DNA of 64,000 bases. Source: Tubiluchus corallicola (lineage: Eukaryota; Animalia; Priapulida). This document shows positions 24,581 through 37,825 of this stretch, piece by piece. A program made the position numbers and the translations under genes. Each line of letters begins with the position of its first letter. The first letter of the stretch is position 1. Where the stretch lies: NCBI GenBank assembly GCA_030141605.1, contig JAQGDQ010000033.1, forward strand, positions 985,214 through 1,049,213, given 5' to 3'. The notes under the pieces are model-generated. The model searched no databases, was not told the origin of the DNA, and saw only the letters and a list, made by a program, of their open reading frames with translations.

Positions 24581-27500
24581 ATGTAGTTTATTTTTAAAAG
24601 CGCACTCAATTTCACGATAAAATTAAAGGAGATAAAAATTACACAATCAATCGCAATAAAAATAATTATGCGGTTCAGTTACAATTTGAAAGAAATAGCT
24701 ACGTATAAACTGATAAACCTGAATAAAAATTCACAGTTACAGTTTACAGTAAAACAATTTACGCCATACGTACTGTTAAAAGACTGCTATTTCTCATCGA
24801 GGGAACATGTATGTTATTCCGAAGTGCCAAGACACTGTTGTCATTTCAGTGTTATTTTAGAGGAATATTCTCGGTTTCATACGAGTAACAATACTTTCTG
24901 ATTTCGCTATTTAACAAAATAGTATACTAATCGTTGAGTGCTGGATTTCGGCTTGCAGTATGCCTCAAGTCGCAGTGTTTCAATTTACCCCGACTTCCCC
25001 TATAATTATTATGTATAACTTCATGCTTTTAACCAGCGCATGCTTACACATATAGCGTTTGCAAAACTGTATAATTACATCAACTGCAAAAAATTAGATG
25101 CACAGCAACTTAATAATTATATACATGCAATAAGAGGCAAGCTTTCTGTTGTTCCGGTGACGTCTCGTCTGGAATACAACACTTGATCAGCTGATGCAAT
25201 TGTGCTACTTTGGCCGGTCATGCATATGCCTACACGTTCTACCAATGTCCTGAAGCACACAACAAATTTACATTATCTAGCATAAGCCGTATGTAAAACT
25301 CTCACCAGCATAAAAAACGATTCAACAGTAATTACTGGAGATACGTTAAGTTTAGTTAATATTAAGAAAAATATTTTTTGCCAACTACCAAAACTTTCAT
25401 CGTCCCACATTATATGTTTCTGACCAGCGAATGTATGTTAATAATGTTATGACTGTTGAACTGATGCCACGTTGATTGCTTTCTGCTTTACGCTGCTCAG
25501 AAAAATCTTGTAGATTTAATGAGCGCACCGAGTTCTTTTGCGAATGGGTTGGAATTTTTATTAATCACTTTGGCTTTCTTGTCGTTAATGCTTGTGTAGC
25601 ATGTTGCCTCTATAGTAATGGCACTAATGGATAGCTAGATTACGCTAGCCTAATTATTTTATTTTTTGCGCACTAGCCAGACCCAGCCCAGAAGTTAGCA
25701 TTCAGCAGCGTAACTATGATTCTGACACGCAAGCTCATTCATTGGCCCCTATTGTTGAAAGTTAAAATTTTGCGACCTACGGATACACTACGATTTTTAA
25801 AATTAGTTGTAAAACTGTCACAACATACTTTAACATGATAAACATAAACAGACAAATGCCTACTCATTACTTTGGTGGCCTTGGCAGCTCTTCGCGTTAA
25901 GACAGGGCTTATACGTGAGCCCCCCCCCTGCAACTGCAGGGCCTGTGGAGGTGTAGTTACGCCACTGTTAGCAAGTAATAATGAAAAGTTAACCCACTCC
26001 AACTATGACTCTGAAGAGGAAAAAGCAACTGTTTAAATTCAAGTACAAGTTGCCAATAACCGTTAAAGGCCACGACTACAGCACTACAACATTTTGTTCA
26101 TTATTATCTCGCGGCGTACATTGTCTCAAACACTGCACCGCTTGGTTTGTAGTTTTCAAAATCCTTTGAAACAAAATCTCATTTTAAGACAAAATGGTCA
26201 AACTTAAAGTAAGAGAAAGCCTGAAAGTAAATTTTGCTGGCCATGAGTGTACTAATGAAACAATTTAGGCTGGAGATGCAAAAATTATCTGTAAAGTGTA
26301 AAAAAGAAGAGAAAAAACAGGGCGACTTCCTAGTCGGCACAATTTTTGACTGCAGTATGTTAATTCTGTTTCCGGAAATGCGTAGGTTTTGTCACTCAAT
26401 TTGTTCGTTATACTGAGATTACTCTGAGCTTGTTATTTTCAGAAACGAATTTGTCAACGACTCGCAAAAACGAGAAGTTTTCTTGCGGAATGTTAATTAC
26501 TGAATCCTAATAACTAACACTCCTAGAAGCATCAAAAATGCGATTTTAATGAAAAACCAGTGCACTTAATCATGAATTCACTGAGAGCTAAAAATACGTG
26601 CATAAATATAAAATTTCTTGCGCGCGTTGAGGTAAACATATCTTTATTTGTGACACGCAATCTTTAACCAATTTTATGTACATCATTTGAGTCGAAAAAT
26701 TTCCCTTAAGTTAAGATAGACCAGCCTGGTAACCGATCACAAGTCTGGTAAAGTGAACGAACTATAACCGAATGTTGCTACTGCCTTTCGAGTTTAAAGT
26801 TTTAAAAAATGCTTTCATAAAATTAATAAATTTTTCGACAAATCTATAACCTCTTCTCTAAATATAAGTCTATCCGGTTGACTCGTTTATAAAGTAGTTA
26901 TTCGACAGTTAAACAGTTTAATGTACAGAATCAACAATCCTAAGAAGGGACATTTGGAGAAGTGGGTCGAACTGGAACAAGATGTCATAATGCAAACGTG
27001 CTTTAGGCGGCCTTCAAGGGTAATTTCTAGGGTATACCAGTTTTTTGTGCTTATTAAATCAACGAGATCTCAAAACTTGAAAAGCATTGTTTTTCCGTTT
27101 ATAAATGATTACTTCTTCATAACTTAAATATCAGCTTAGAAGTTGATAGCCCAAAACTGTGATCTTACTAAAAAGAAAACTTGGTGTTCAAAATGGAGAG
27201 TATTAACGAGTGTTAAAACCCTTTATTAACTTTATACTTATGTAAAGCCGTTTGATTTATTTTGCTTGGCAATCCTGAACTTGAATTGGGGAACTGTGTT
27301 AAGAACCAAGACGGGAAGAGTGGTCGAAATGGGAAAAGAGGGTTACGTCCATTAGGAAAAAGACAACGGACTGTGCAAGGCAGCTGACAGAGCAAGAGAC
27401 CAACGAGTATTTTAATACAACTCAATTTCAAACTTTAATGTTGACATCAGTGATTGGATTCCGAGACTTACAAAATGATTAAACGAATAAAGTGTATGTA

Positions 27501-30500
27501 TTCAATGTATGTAATGGCCAGTGGAGTAATAGTATTAATATGATAATTATTATTTTTAAGATATATGCTGCTGCAAACAAACACGAACAGTTACAATAAT
27601 GCTAATTAGCATGTTAATTAGCTCAACAAACATTCAGGCCTACATGTTATTAATGGTGTTGACGCAACAGTTCCTGTGACGTCACGGCGGGCGTAAAGAA
27701 CTTTATCGGCTGGACACACATCTTTAGTCTGTCCAACAATACAGCAGCCTATTTCTTCAAGTGCTTTTCTGAAAGTGCATCGATTAATCGATTTATAATG
27801 ATAAAAGAAGTTTAGGCTCCATACTTTGGATAAATTCTTAATGCTTGCATCCGAAAAATTTTTAAGGTCTTATCAAATATAACTCTGATCATTTAATGCA
27901 GTGAATATATAGCTAGATTTATAATGTCAGGCTTCAGATCACGTGATAACATTGCAGAATTCACCAATGGACTTTGATAACTTTACTTATCAAAGCGTTC
28001 ACAAATTATTATTTGATAACTTATATCGCCCATATAAGTTTAAGGATTAGGTAATAACGTATCTTGCCCAGCTGACGTCAATAACACCAGCTAGTAAATC
28101 AAACATTAGGAAGGATTAAATTCTAGCAATTCATAGGTTAATTACTTCTGTAATACGCAATTGACGATACCAACCGTTAGTGTGCCATTATCGTCAGTTG
28201 GTTACAGCTGCATTGTCATCTTCTGTTTCTTGCATGCTGTTTGATTCTAAAATTGTTCTCCTTGTATTATATTCATCTTGTTTTTCTCATTAAGCTAAAG
28301 AACTGTTTTTAAAATAAACTTTTATCAACAAGCAGCTTGGACTTTACATTATATTTGGGCGAATCTGCGTTGCATATTTGGGTTGCATAATAAGATCTTG
28401 CAAAAACAACACTCAGCGTACTTGATTTCACTGGTTGAGAAAGCTGTTGTAAATCCGGGAATTGATTCCAGCTTATCCAACGTGCCACCAGTGTGTCCCA
28501 AGCTTCGTCCTGAGATCATAGGCACCTTCATTCCACATGCAGCCAGTGCTGGGGCCAGTGGTAAGCTTACTTTATCTCCAACTCCCCCGGTACTGTAAAA
28601 ATATTTAATGCGAAAAAATGACCAGAAACTCAGTTTATACCTTTAACTGTGGGTACTCGCTTTAATCTTGATAGCGAGTAATGTTACTATGTTAGGCAAC
28701 GGAAACCTGACTAGTTAATATAAGGCCGATGCTCATCTGTGAGTACAGGCCCTCATAGAGGAATATGCGGATACCAGAAGACTGATTAAGTGATCATCTC
28801 CCCACTATTTCCCAAATCTTCCTTTCCTTTCATCAATCTGTCTACCTGCCTGTCACGCACTCAGTCACGATTACCTGTGTTTATCTACGACAAGGTGCTG
28901 CCATTCGTTTGGCCAGGTAAGAACTTCTCCCGAATTCATCATCGACCACGTCAAGGCAGAGATCTCGTTCTTGGTCATGTCTTTTATAAAAATGGCCATC
29001 AGCATGGCACCTAAACGTAGAACATTAACATGTATTAACATAAAATGTAAGTCATGTAATTTAAATTATTTTGAACTGATTTGGCCTGATTTAACTAGTT
29101 CGGTCTATTCTGCTGTGATCTGATCAGAGTTAGCCAAGATGTTCTCGATTGCTGTGTTAACCAAGCACGACATTTTCATGTAGGTACCTAGGAAGAGCGC
29201 GTTAATTCGAATTTTTTTGTACAAAGTATAAGTACAATTTTTATTTATCGAATTTCAGGGTTGGGGGGGGGGGGTAAAAAATCCCTTGATTTCGCAAGAA
29301 TAATATTTCGCTGTTTTATGAAATTCTGAACAGCTACCAGATTATTATTTTTAATGCAGCACATTGCAATAGATATTTAAGATCAAAACGTTTGTCTGAA
29401 ATTTTGTTGTTTATCATTGCAAAGCTACTGGCATCTTTCCAAAACGCAACAAGCGTAAGCGTACATAGATTTGTATTACACGTAATACAAAAATTGACTA
29501 TGAGTTCTCACCTAATAATCGACTTCTCAGTAGTGGGGGATGGGACGCTATTAGTAGCATAACAGGAACCGAGTGAACTTACGTATTTATGCTTCGCGGA
29601 AACGAATATGAATGAAAGTAGTGATAAGACAAGTATAGTTAAACAGGAAATTTTGTAGCTACAGTATGTTTATAGTATCCATTATAGGCCTACTATTTAG
29701 TACGGAAAAATAATTATAAACACTATGTGGTGTTGTCGTGACCTTTTACAAATGTAAAGTAACTGTGACACAATTTAGATTCACGTGTATGCAGTAATAC
29801 CAAAAGGTTGAATGACTACGTAACAAATGTCAGTTTAAGCCATGACTGGCTAAACTAACATAGGGTAAGGAATGTATCATTACCCTATTTCGGTTTAATT
29901 TCACTGTTTTTGCATATATACGTAGGTGTTGAAACCAGACATGTTTTTATAAGATAATTATTGGCGCACAAGCCCAATAAAAACGTCCTGAATATATCAT
30001 GTTATTTTAGGACAACAGCCAAGCTGGCATTTAGGCCAACAGAAAGCTAAAATTTGGCATTTAGCCAAACTATGGCTATGTGAGTGTTTCCAGATTTTTT
30101 CTAGGTCACGTAAACCTCCGGACCGAGCGGAATATAGTCTAATGTAGTAGGCTTACTGGCTGCTTCCTAAATTCTTTAGAAAAGCAGCAAAAGTTTCAGA
30201 CGTAAGTGTACACATTCGTTTTGATTTTTGTACGCAGACTTACAAAACGTTCAGAACCAACGCTTTTCATTCAAACATACAGGCCTAGTTTTCCAGCGTT
30301 ACTATAAATCTTCGAAAGTTTGTGTTCTATTCGTAGAATTATCAACCCTAACTTGGCAAAATCAAATTATTAATTTTAATTGTACTGACAAGACAAAGTC
30401 TGCAGAACCAGGCCAATATTATCCTTGGGAAGATTTTTTGGTTGGCTACAGTTGTATATAAACGTCCCTTAGCGCGTCTCTCTGTACAACAGTTATGCCA

Positions 30501-32570
30501 AGGCCACTGGATACTAGCATACAAAGTTTTTCGGAAGGGTACATGACATTTGTGGACGGCTGTTTGGGCACGGAACATTTTGGGCACGAGACAATTAGGC
30601 ACCAATTAAATTTAATGCTATAGATATTTTTTTTGTTTTTGTATGTTAATTTTTTAATGACCCGCTATAGTTTTTTAGCTCTCACAATATTTTTCTAAGA
30701 ATCATCACTTCACCAGATTAAACGTCATAATGACGAAACAGTTGACTCTGTATATGGCTTTCCACTTTCAGTATTATGTGTATTTTTTAAATACGAAGCA
30801 AATGAGATCGTAAGCTTACGTCAGCATTTTTAGTAAAATATAACAGCGTTTTATTTCAAAATATCTAATGTATCACAAAAATGTGAGTCGAAAAAATTTA
30901 TTCACGTCAAAATTTAGCTTCAGTACAAGTAATGCATCGATTTAACTAGTGTTACACATACATTTATACTACATTTATTGAGCGCTCGTGTGCTTATAAT
31001 TAGAAGAAACGACACAGAAATTAGAATGCGTTGTGTACTAGAATCTAGTCAACTAATGAGCCAGTGATGTGATTAACAATAATTGTAAACTTTTCCTCTT
31101 TTCTTTTTTATGTAAATTGTAGTTCTTGCAAAATGCACGATAATAATGAGTTCAGCAACTGTGTGCTATAGGTGGTTATAGTTTTTTCAGTTTAAATTAC
31201 ACGATCGAACACACACGAAAGCAAATATTTCTTTCTTACAAAAACTTTACATATTTTAAAGTTATAAAATTACGTGATAAATAATTACTAGTCATGCAAT
31301 GATCGAGGACTCCCATAAAAAGTTTAACTTTATGCAGGTAATACTACACAGGTAGGGAAGCGTAATATAGTAGTATATTCTTGTGTGATCGAGGCCAGCG
31401 CCCCAATCACTTACTCTCAAGTTTTTGGCGCCCAAATGACTGTGCACAGTTATCCCAAGCCCGCGCCTAAATGTCCCCTTTTCGAACATATCAGGCCTTC
31501 TCTTCACGGTTTTTTTGGCATTCAGTCGCTTCTTTTTGCCTCCGGTTTGCCAACTATACAACTACTTGTGAAAACGCGCTCTTAACAAAAACATAAATTA
31601 ACGTTAGTAATTATAGTAATAATTTCGGTGAAATTTGGTTTCAAAAAATGATAATTATAAGTTCAATCCGTCATTAACTGATAATCCGATTCTTTAAGAT
31701 TTGGGCATTTCTTGTTAATGCACTATTGCAAGTTCAGTACTTTTGATAGAACTGAACAATAATTGTAATATGTTTAGATTTTGCTGGTAACCCGGCCTCT
31801 TTGGACTTCTCAGCCTAACTCCTCGCTTTCCGGATGCAGGATATCTGATAATTAATTTCTGCGATTGGCGATCGTTAATTGATTACTAACTTGAAAAAAT
31901 GCCTGTCAGCACTTCAAACGCTGTCAAACTGCAAGCTTTGTGGAGTGAAAGGGAAGTTCTTAAAAACTTTGAATTTTGAACCTTAATTTTCTGCCAGACA
32001 TAATTTTACAGTTTAATATTCAATACAGGAATCTTAATTCAGTTTTAGTGTTCTTAGGTGGAATTTAAACACTATTCCATTATTTTCAGTTCTATATGAC
32101 ATAGGCTTTCTAAGATATAAATATTTGTATTACCAGTTGTGAAAAACTATTCAATTTACACTTCTTAGTTTAAATAAAAATACGAGTTAGTTTGTTCACA
32201 ATGAAAATCTTAAATTCTAGTCGCATCCTATCCAGACCAGTAAAATGAAATCCGCGCAGTTATCGCAATGCGCCATGCAATGCAGTTGCAATGTAATGCA
32301 CTTAACACAATTTATTTAATAACTAATTTATTATGAATTATTTGGTAAACTAAATTAATGACTGACACGAGTTTAAAATGAGAATAGTTTCAGTTAATGG
32401 CCAAAGTGAGTAAAGTTTAAAAATTCATAATAAACGTGCTATTATTTCATACCAATTTGGCATTCTTCAATTGTTCCTTTCACAACACAGTCTATGAAAT
32501 ATTGAATCTGTTGTTTACTTAATTCCTCTCCGTTCCGCTTCGCAATAATTAAATCCGGTACACGAAACAT
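18044..32570 (-). CDS. TYMP: Thymidine / pyrimidine-nucleoside phosphorylase, about 446 aa
   Basis: Exons 32570-32453 ([18 protein letters not shown]), 29010-28875 (GAMLMAI..VDKHS), 28592-28422 ([30 protein letters not shown]), 27768-27644 or 25249-25125, 23578-23460 ([22 protein letters not shown]), 21590-21428, 20232-20108, 19478-19376, 19087-18947 (LGAGR; GC donor), 18183-18044 (TAA). Sum is 1341 nt, in frame. Confidence 0.95.
21739..21825 (+). mobile_element. tRNA(Thr)-like pseudogene or SINE head followed by a T-run
   Basis: TAGTCTAGCGATC (A-box-like), CTTGTAA anticodon-loop-like segment, CCTGGTTCAAATCCAGG T-arm hairpin with B-box, then poly-T. The acceptor stem is not intact. Confidence 0.55.
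22737..22793. repeat. (ATT)n microsatellite
   Basis: Direct reading. Confidence 0.95.
24301..25002. mobile_element. MITE with imperfect TIR of about 27 bp, TA-flanked (Tc1/mariner/pogo-like), containing (AAT)n at about 24536-24578
   Basis: Left CAAGGAAGTCGGGGAAATATGAATCAC; right GTGTTTCAATTTACCCCGACTTCCCCTA. Confidence 0.7.
25125..25249 (-). CDS. TYMP: TYMP alternative exon 4b
   Basis: ttcag|G ACA TTG..ATT GCA T|gtatat; encodes [41 protein letters not shown]; 125 nt, phase 2/1. Confidence 0.88.
25703..25967. mobile_element. Short MITE with 14-bp TIR and a degraded 8-bp TSD
   Basis: CAGCAGCGTAACTA ... TAGTTACGCCACTG (12/14 match); flanks TTAGCATT / TTAGCAAG. Confidence 0.65.
27644..27768 (-). 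CDS. TYMP: TYMP alternative exon 4a (canonical-type)
   Basis: ttcag|A AAA GCA..ATA ACA T|gtaggc; encodes [41 protein letters not shown]; 125 nt, phase 2/1. Confidence 0.92.
30537..31480. mobile_element. Probable non-autonomous element with inverted subterminal GACA(T/A)TTGGGC(A/G)C-type repeats
   Basis: Left cluster GACATTTGTGGACGG/TTTGGGCACG/GACAATTAGGCACC; right cluster GCGCCCAAATGAC/CGCGCCTAAATGTCC in the opposite orientation. Exact ends not resolved. Confidence 0.45.
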
Positions 32571-35500
32571 TGCGATTGTCAGTAAATGTGATCAACGGCA
32601 CAGTGGCAAAGAATTAAGATTACTCATTTACTAAAATCATGAATGAAAACTACGGCTGTTCGCCGATTGGTTTGCAGTGTACGTCAATGGTTTTTGCGGT
32701 TGGTGTTGTAAAAAATTCGGCTCTGCTGAGTGTGCGTCTGTGCAGGCTGAATTTGAAGCCATTGCCAGCAGGTTTAGTACTTGGCAGTCACCTTAGAAAC
32801 GCGGTTCCACCTCGGTATCTCTCAGCAACCAGTTATGTGTATACGAGTGGGGCCGCGTTGTTCAATACTTGATCAGGGAGCTAGAATTTTATCCACTTCG
32901 TGGCGCCACAGTCCGCGACTTACGACACTACATAATATGTGAAGTGGACAGTTACTGTGATAGATGCTTGACATGTTAACAAACCGTAATTTGAAAACTA
33001 AGAAGTAACCAGCGTTATTAAACACACGTATTGTGGGTAATCTAGATCTTTGGTATGATGTGTGTGTGTAGTAATGATAGCATGCATGTTTGAGTACCGA
33101 TTCGATAATGTGCTTTTGCGAATTTTGTTTATTGATTAATAATAGTGACAAAAATGTTTTTGATAATTATGTTGTAATGTGAATAGCTCAAATCGGCTGT
33201 TGAAATCAGCCGCCAATGCTAGTATCATCTGGTCAGGATATTAAGTGGGGGAAAGTGGAAATCTGATCATCCTAGTGACCTGTATAGACCGGGCGTATCA
33301 AGACTTTACGACGCTCTAGGCTGATAGTTCTGTCCCACCCATCTCTAATGTAAATTTATGGTTGCTTATGTAATGAGCAGATTAAACAGTAATTTGTGAT
33401 GTATTAGAAACACCATTAACCTTGTTTCTACGTGGTCATTATTAATTACATGTATTTGCATAGCGCTTATATTCCAGCAGGTTACACAACTGTTTGCTGT
33501 GTAATACTTGCAGCTGTTCGTTATATGGCACTTATATAAAAGATGCTCTCAGTAACAGCCTGTGGTGTGTTATAAAATGCCATGACCTTCGAAGGTGGTG
33601 TCTTGGGAATCACTTACAGAGGTTATAAAATTTATTATTCATTGTTCTTAGGTCTCAAGAGATGTATTTATGCGTACCAGTATGTAGGGTTTCAGGCCTC
33701 AGTCTGTCCCGTCTTATACAGAGTGAGGGGGCTGAATTTAGGCTGGAAAGTTTGCAAAGAAGTAAGTGCTATGCAAACTTAGGATTATGTAGCAATCATT
33801 TTGTAAAGTCTATTGTAAAAAACAAGACTAGAATAAGATAGAGACTTTTAAAGTCTTGTCACATTTTTGACTGGATCTCAACTATTTAATAGAAAAGCAG
33901 TAAATCATGTCAAATTTTCATAAATACGAAGTAAAGCTTAGTTACCAAAATATACCAATTTAAACAAGTTTTGCTAACTTCTTTTCGAGTACTCAACATT
34001 TTCTTTTCCATGTATAGCCAAAAATATATCTATAGGACTAATAACTTGCAATGGCAAATTGTAGTTAACAGGCAAGCACGCAGTGCACCACAATCGAGCA
34101 ACTACGAGTGACGAACTTGATAGTTTAGTTATACGTAGTTAAACTCAAAGTAGTAAAATAGTAACTTTTGAGACGTACATGCATGTTTAAACTGTAATGC
34201 TTTTTACAGAAGTAAATAACTCTGCAAAAATTGCTTAACCGGGACTGTGATGCAAAACTAAAATGCTATGACCTCGCGAAAATTCTGTAATCTTTTTATT
34301 GCAATACCAGCCTTAGGCACCACAAGATTCTGTATACACATAACAGTACATACCTTTAGCAAAGAAAATTAGTTTACTTATTCTGAGTGCTTGGCTACCC
34401 ACAGTAGCAACAATTCCAGAGAAGGAAACTCTGTCAGTGGCAAGATCTAGTAGCAAGTGGTTGTATAGAGATAGATGACATTTGCTTAGCGCAGGTGAGG
34501 CACAGATATCCCTTGGGGTAGGCATATTTCTTAGGGGAGGATCACAGGCAACAAAGAGGACTTATATGGCCTGGACAGACTCTTCCAGATGCACCACATA
34601 GCCAGGAGTACAGGTGTCATCCTAGGTCGATAGTGGTCCCACTCACAGGTGTTGGGTTACGACATAACAACTTAATTACAGTAAATTGCACCTCGTATTT
34701 ATATTTAAGCCTTTCTAACGACAACACCAATGATGTCACCAAACTAAAATCTAGAACTTATGACGTCACCTAATCTGATAATGGGCACTTGAATGGAATA
34801 AAACCAATTAAAGAGAGAAAGATTTCTCATAAGCAAATTGAATTTAATGATTTCTTTGACAACTAAAAATGGCACAATAACATTGGATCATGTGGAATGA
34901 TTAGGAATATGAAAATGAGGTAATGAAAGTATAAAGGAGAACTATTGAAAATTTAAGCTGATACCTGGCGTGCTAAAAACACTTTGGCCAGTATCATAAT
35001 TAGAATTTACGATGAAGTCACAATATTTAAGTAACTTTTATTTACTTTATATCACAATCAGAAAGTCTTCACTTGTTAGTTGATGATGACTGTTTTTAAT
35101 CTCGGCATTCTTCTGCATGCAGGTCTTCATTTTAATTGTTCATGTTAAAGGAAAGGACAAGTCACTTATCATGTTGGGTTTATTTTACTCTTATCACTTA
35201 AACTTATAAAAATAAAACAAAACAATTTACACAAAAGCTGTCTATAAAGTGTAAAGTTAATTTATTTTGCCAGCGATCATAATTCACTTTAAAAGTATGA
35301 CGTAACTGGAGGAGCCTTTTATAAGCGCATTGTGGCTTTGTGCCGCTATTTAAACCAATTTAAACTTTGCAGCTTACCTAATGTTTGCAAAATTGTCAGA
35401 AAATTCGATGTCTATTTTTTTGTCAAGACTTATTATACTCTTGATGGAAATTGACAGTGTGCTGCTTTTCTTCAGTCAGAGAATGACATCACTGATTGAA

Positions 35501-37825
35501 GAATGGGGATTCAAAATGGGAGCACCCAAGGGTGAAATGATCCCAACTTTAAAGTAATTTACTAATTACACGAAGCCTTTATCACACTCTTACTACTAAG
35601 GCCCTCTAAAGAATATTGTGAACGTTAAAATAAGCGTACTTCCTTAAAGATTGACCTTTCATTTAGCCCAAAGACAATTTTTACAAGAATTTCCATTGCA
35701 GTGAATTCTTGCAAGAGAGTTGCTTATTCTTGAGCAATCACCTTTTCTATTGTGCTAGTGCAGTAGACTCTTTCGAGGAACCCTTTCTGGAGTAACAGGA
35801 ACAGGGTCTTTTTCGCAGAGTCAAGAGTATCTCAAAGTTGAACAAGCTAGCTTGACTCCTTATTCTTCCACCATTGACGGTGCCATTGGCATCAGGACTC
35901 TGGCCTAGCAGTGGAAATAGTTTTGTAAAATCCTCCTTGTAGCCTAGAAATGTCAGTCTGAAGCTGCGTTCGACTCACTTAGTGTTGGCTTTTTCTGGCT
36001 CTTTGAAAGGATCAGGTTCCATTCTAAATTTATCCTTAAGGTGTCCCCATGTTAACACATCTACCACCTCTATTAGCCAATCCTGGCCAGATAAATCCTC
36101 TCCTGTTCTCTGCCAGTCAACTGTTTCTGCCTTTGGAGTGACCAACTTCTCTGTTTCCAGCAGATGGCATGCATAGAACTTCATGCCTACCTCAGGCATT
36201 TAGCTATGCAATTTTTCCTGAGCTGGTGGCAAACACATAAGTAAAGTAATGAACACACTAGCATCAGTCGTTGGGAGGTAAAGTTTTGAAGGCGACTGCA
36301 GGGGTTTCAGTAGCCACTTTCTTCACAAATTTTCTGAACCCTGAAAGCATTAAGAGCATTATCAACTTTTCAGTTGTAAACATTTTTTAGAGCCACCTCT
36401 TGCTTTAAACACTTTATGGGTTATTGGTAGCCCCTTCTCAGATCTCTGCTAGGATATCTTCAGGTTTTCCATTTATACCTACAATAGCAGGATGCAGTAC
36501 GATATCCATATTTTTGTTGTAGGTAAAACAGCATCACTGAAGAAAATTACATTAAATTTTTCAAGAAACAAGCTGAAATCTGTGCTGGTAAGCCTAATTT
36601 GCCAATTACATGTATTTTGCACAAAATGCCACAAGCAATGCCAGTGACCATCTAGGGAAAGTGCTACAGAAAAAAGTGAGATTGTGAATGCAGATTCAAA
36701 AATAGATTCATTGTAACTAATTTTTAATGATTGGATTTTATTGACTGTTAACGTTCTTGAAGTGGGCGAATTTTAAGTTAACAAGGAAGCAGTTTGCTGG
36801 TAATAACTTTCACAAGGTAAAAGCGTGAGGGCAAAAAGTAAAATTTTAACAATGACTGAAGTAACTTTAACAATGACTAAAGATGTGCGTGTTAATGCTT
36901 GGTATAATTTTTGTTTGACAGAAACCCTGATTTCTTGTACAACAATTTATCGTATTCAGTTTCGACCAGGAGTAGGTACATTGGTGGTCATTTCGAATTA
37001 ATGTTATTTAGGACATTTGGCCTGGGTTGATTTTGATTTAGAGCTGCTGAGGCCATGTACGACTCAACCCAACTGAGAATGTTTCTGTTGCAGTTTGTTT
37101 AGAGTCACCCCATTTTTTCTAGGCGGAATAACCAGACATGTTAAGAAAAAACTAGCAGACAATATGGGCTGAAAGTAAAACTGTTCAAAATTTTTATAGT
37201 TGAGATACTGGCTAAAACGGCATTTCCTAATCTTCTTTGAACCATGGCCCAGCCCAGGTGGCTTTTGGGAGAAAACATCGAGGCCCACTGTGGACGGGTC
37301 ACACTTAGCTTTTGGCAAAATTTATTCTTGTTGCTTCTGATGTTGAATAAAAGGCTGACGAACGAAAATTCTATCAAACTGAAGTTCTTGTTAGGCTAGG
37401 TTTTTTTAAACATAAATCTTTTTCCAGCCTTTGATAGCACCTCTTTATATGTCACAAAAGTGGTAAAAAAAAAACAAAGATTCAAGATTATTTTGCCTGT
37501 CTTTTATATTATTATCCATTTAACGAATATAGGCTCATCGAAAAGCCTGCTTAAAGGTTATTTGCTCTTGCTTTGTCGGCTACTCTTCATCTCATTGAGA
37601 TAAACTCGTAATTGTTACTTGTGATTATTGGCTAGTTAGTTATACGAATTATGGCAGCTTGGGTTAAAATTATAATTCATGCATATTTATTCTGTACTGC
37701 ATGTTTATCCATATACTGTAATCATTAATCCATAACAGTAATGAGCACTTAATTAGTACCATATTACATTAAGATTGGACAATGTGTATTAAAACAAAGT
37801 CTCTTCATGCTTTTTGCTAGACTTG

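Noticed and set aside
23600-25120. Short complementary words (e.g. ATGCACAG/CTGTGCAT) as docking/selector sites for TYMP exon 4b
   Set aside because: 8-9 bp matches are expected by chance; they need comparative evidence.
27213-27431. ORF with a signal-peptide-like N-terminus nested between TYMP exons 4a and 4b
   Set aside because: Starts at TTG, not ATG; no recognisable domain or splice support.
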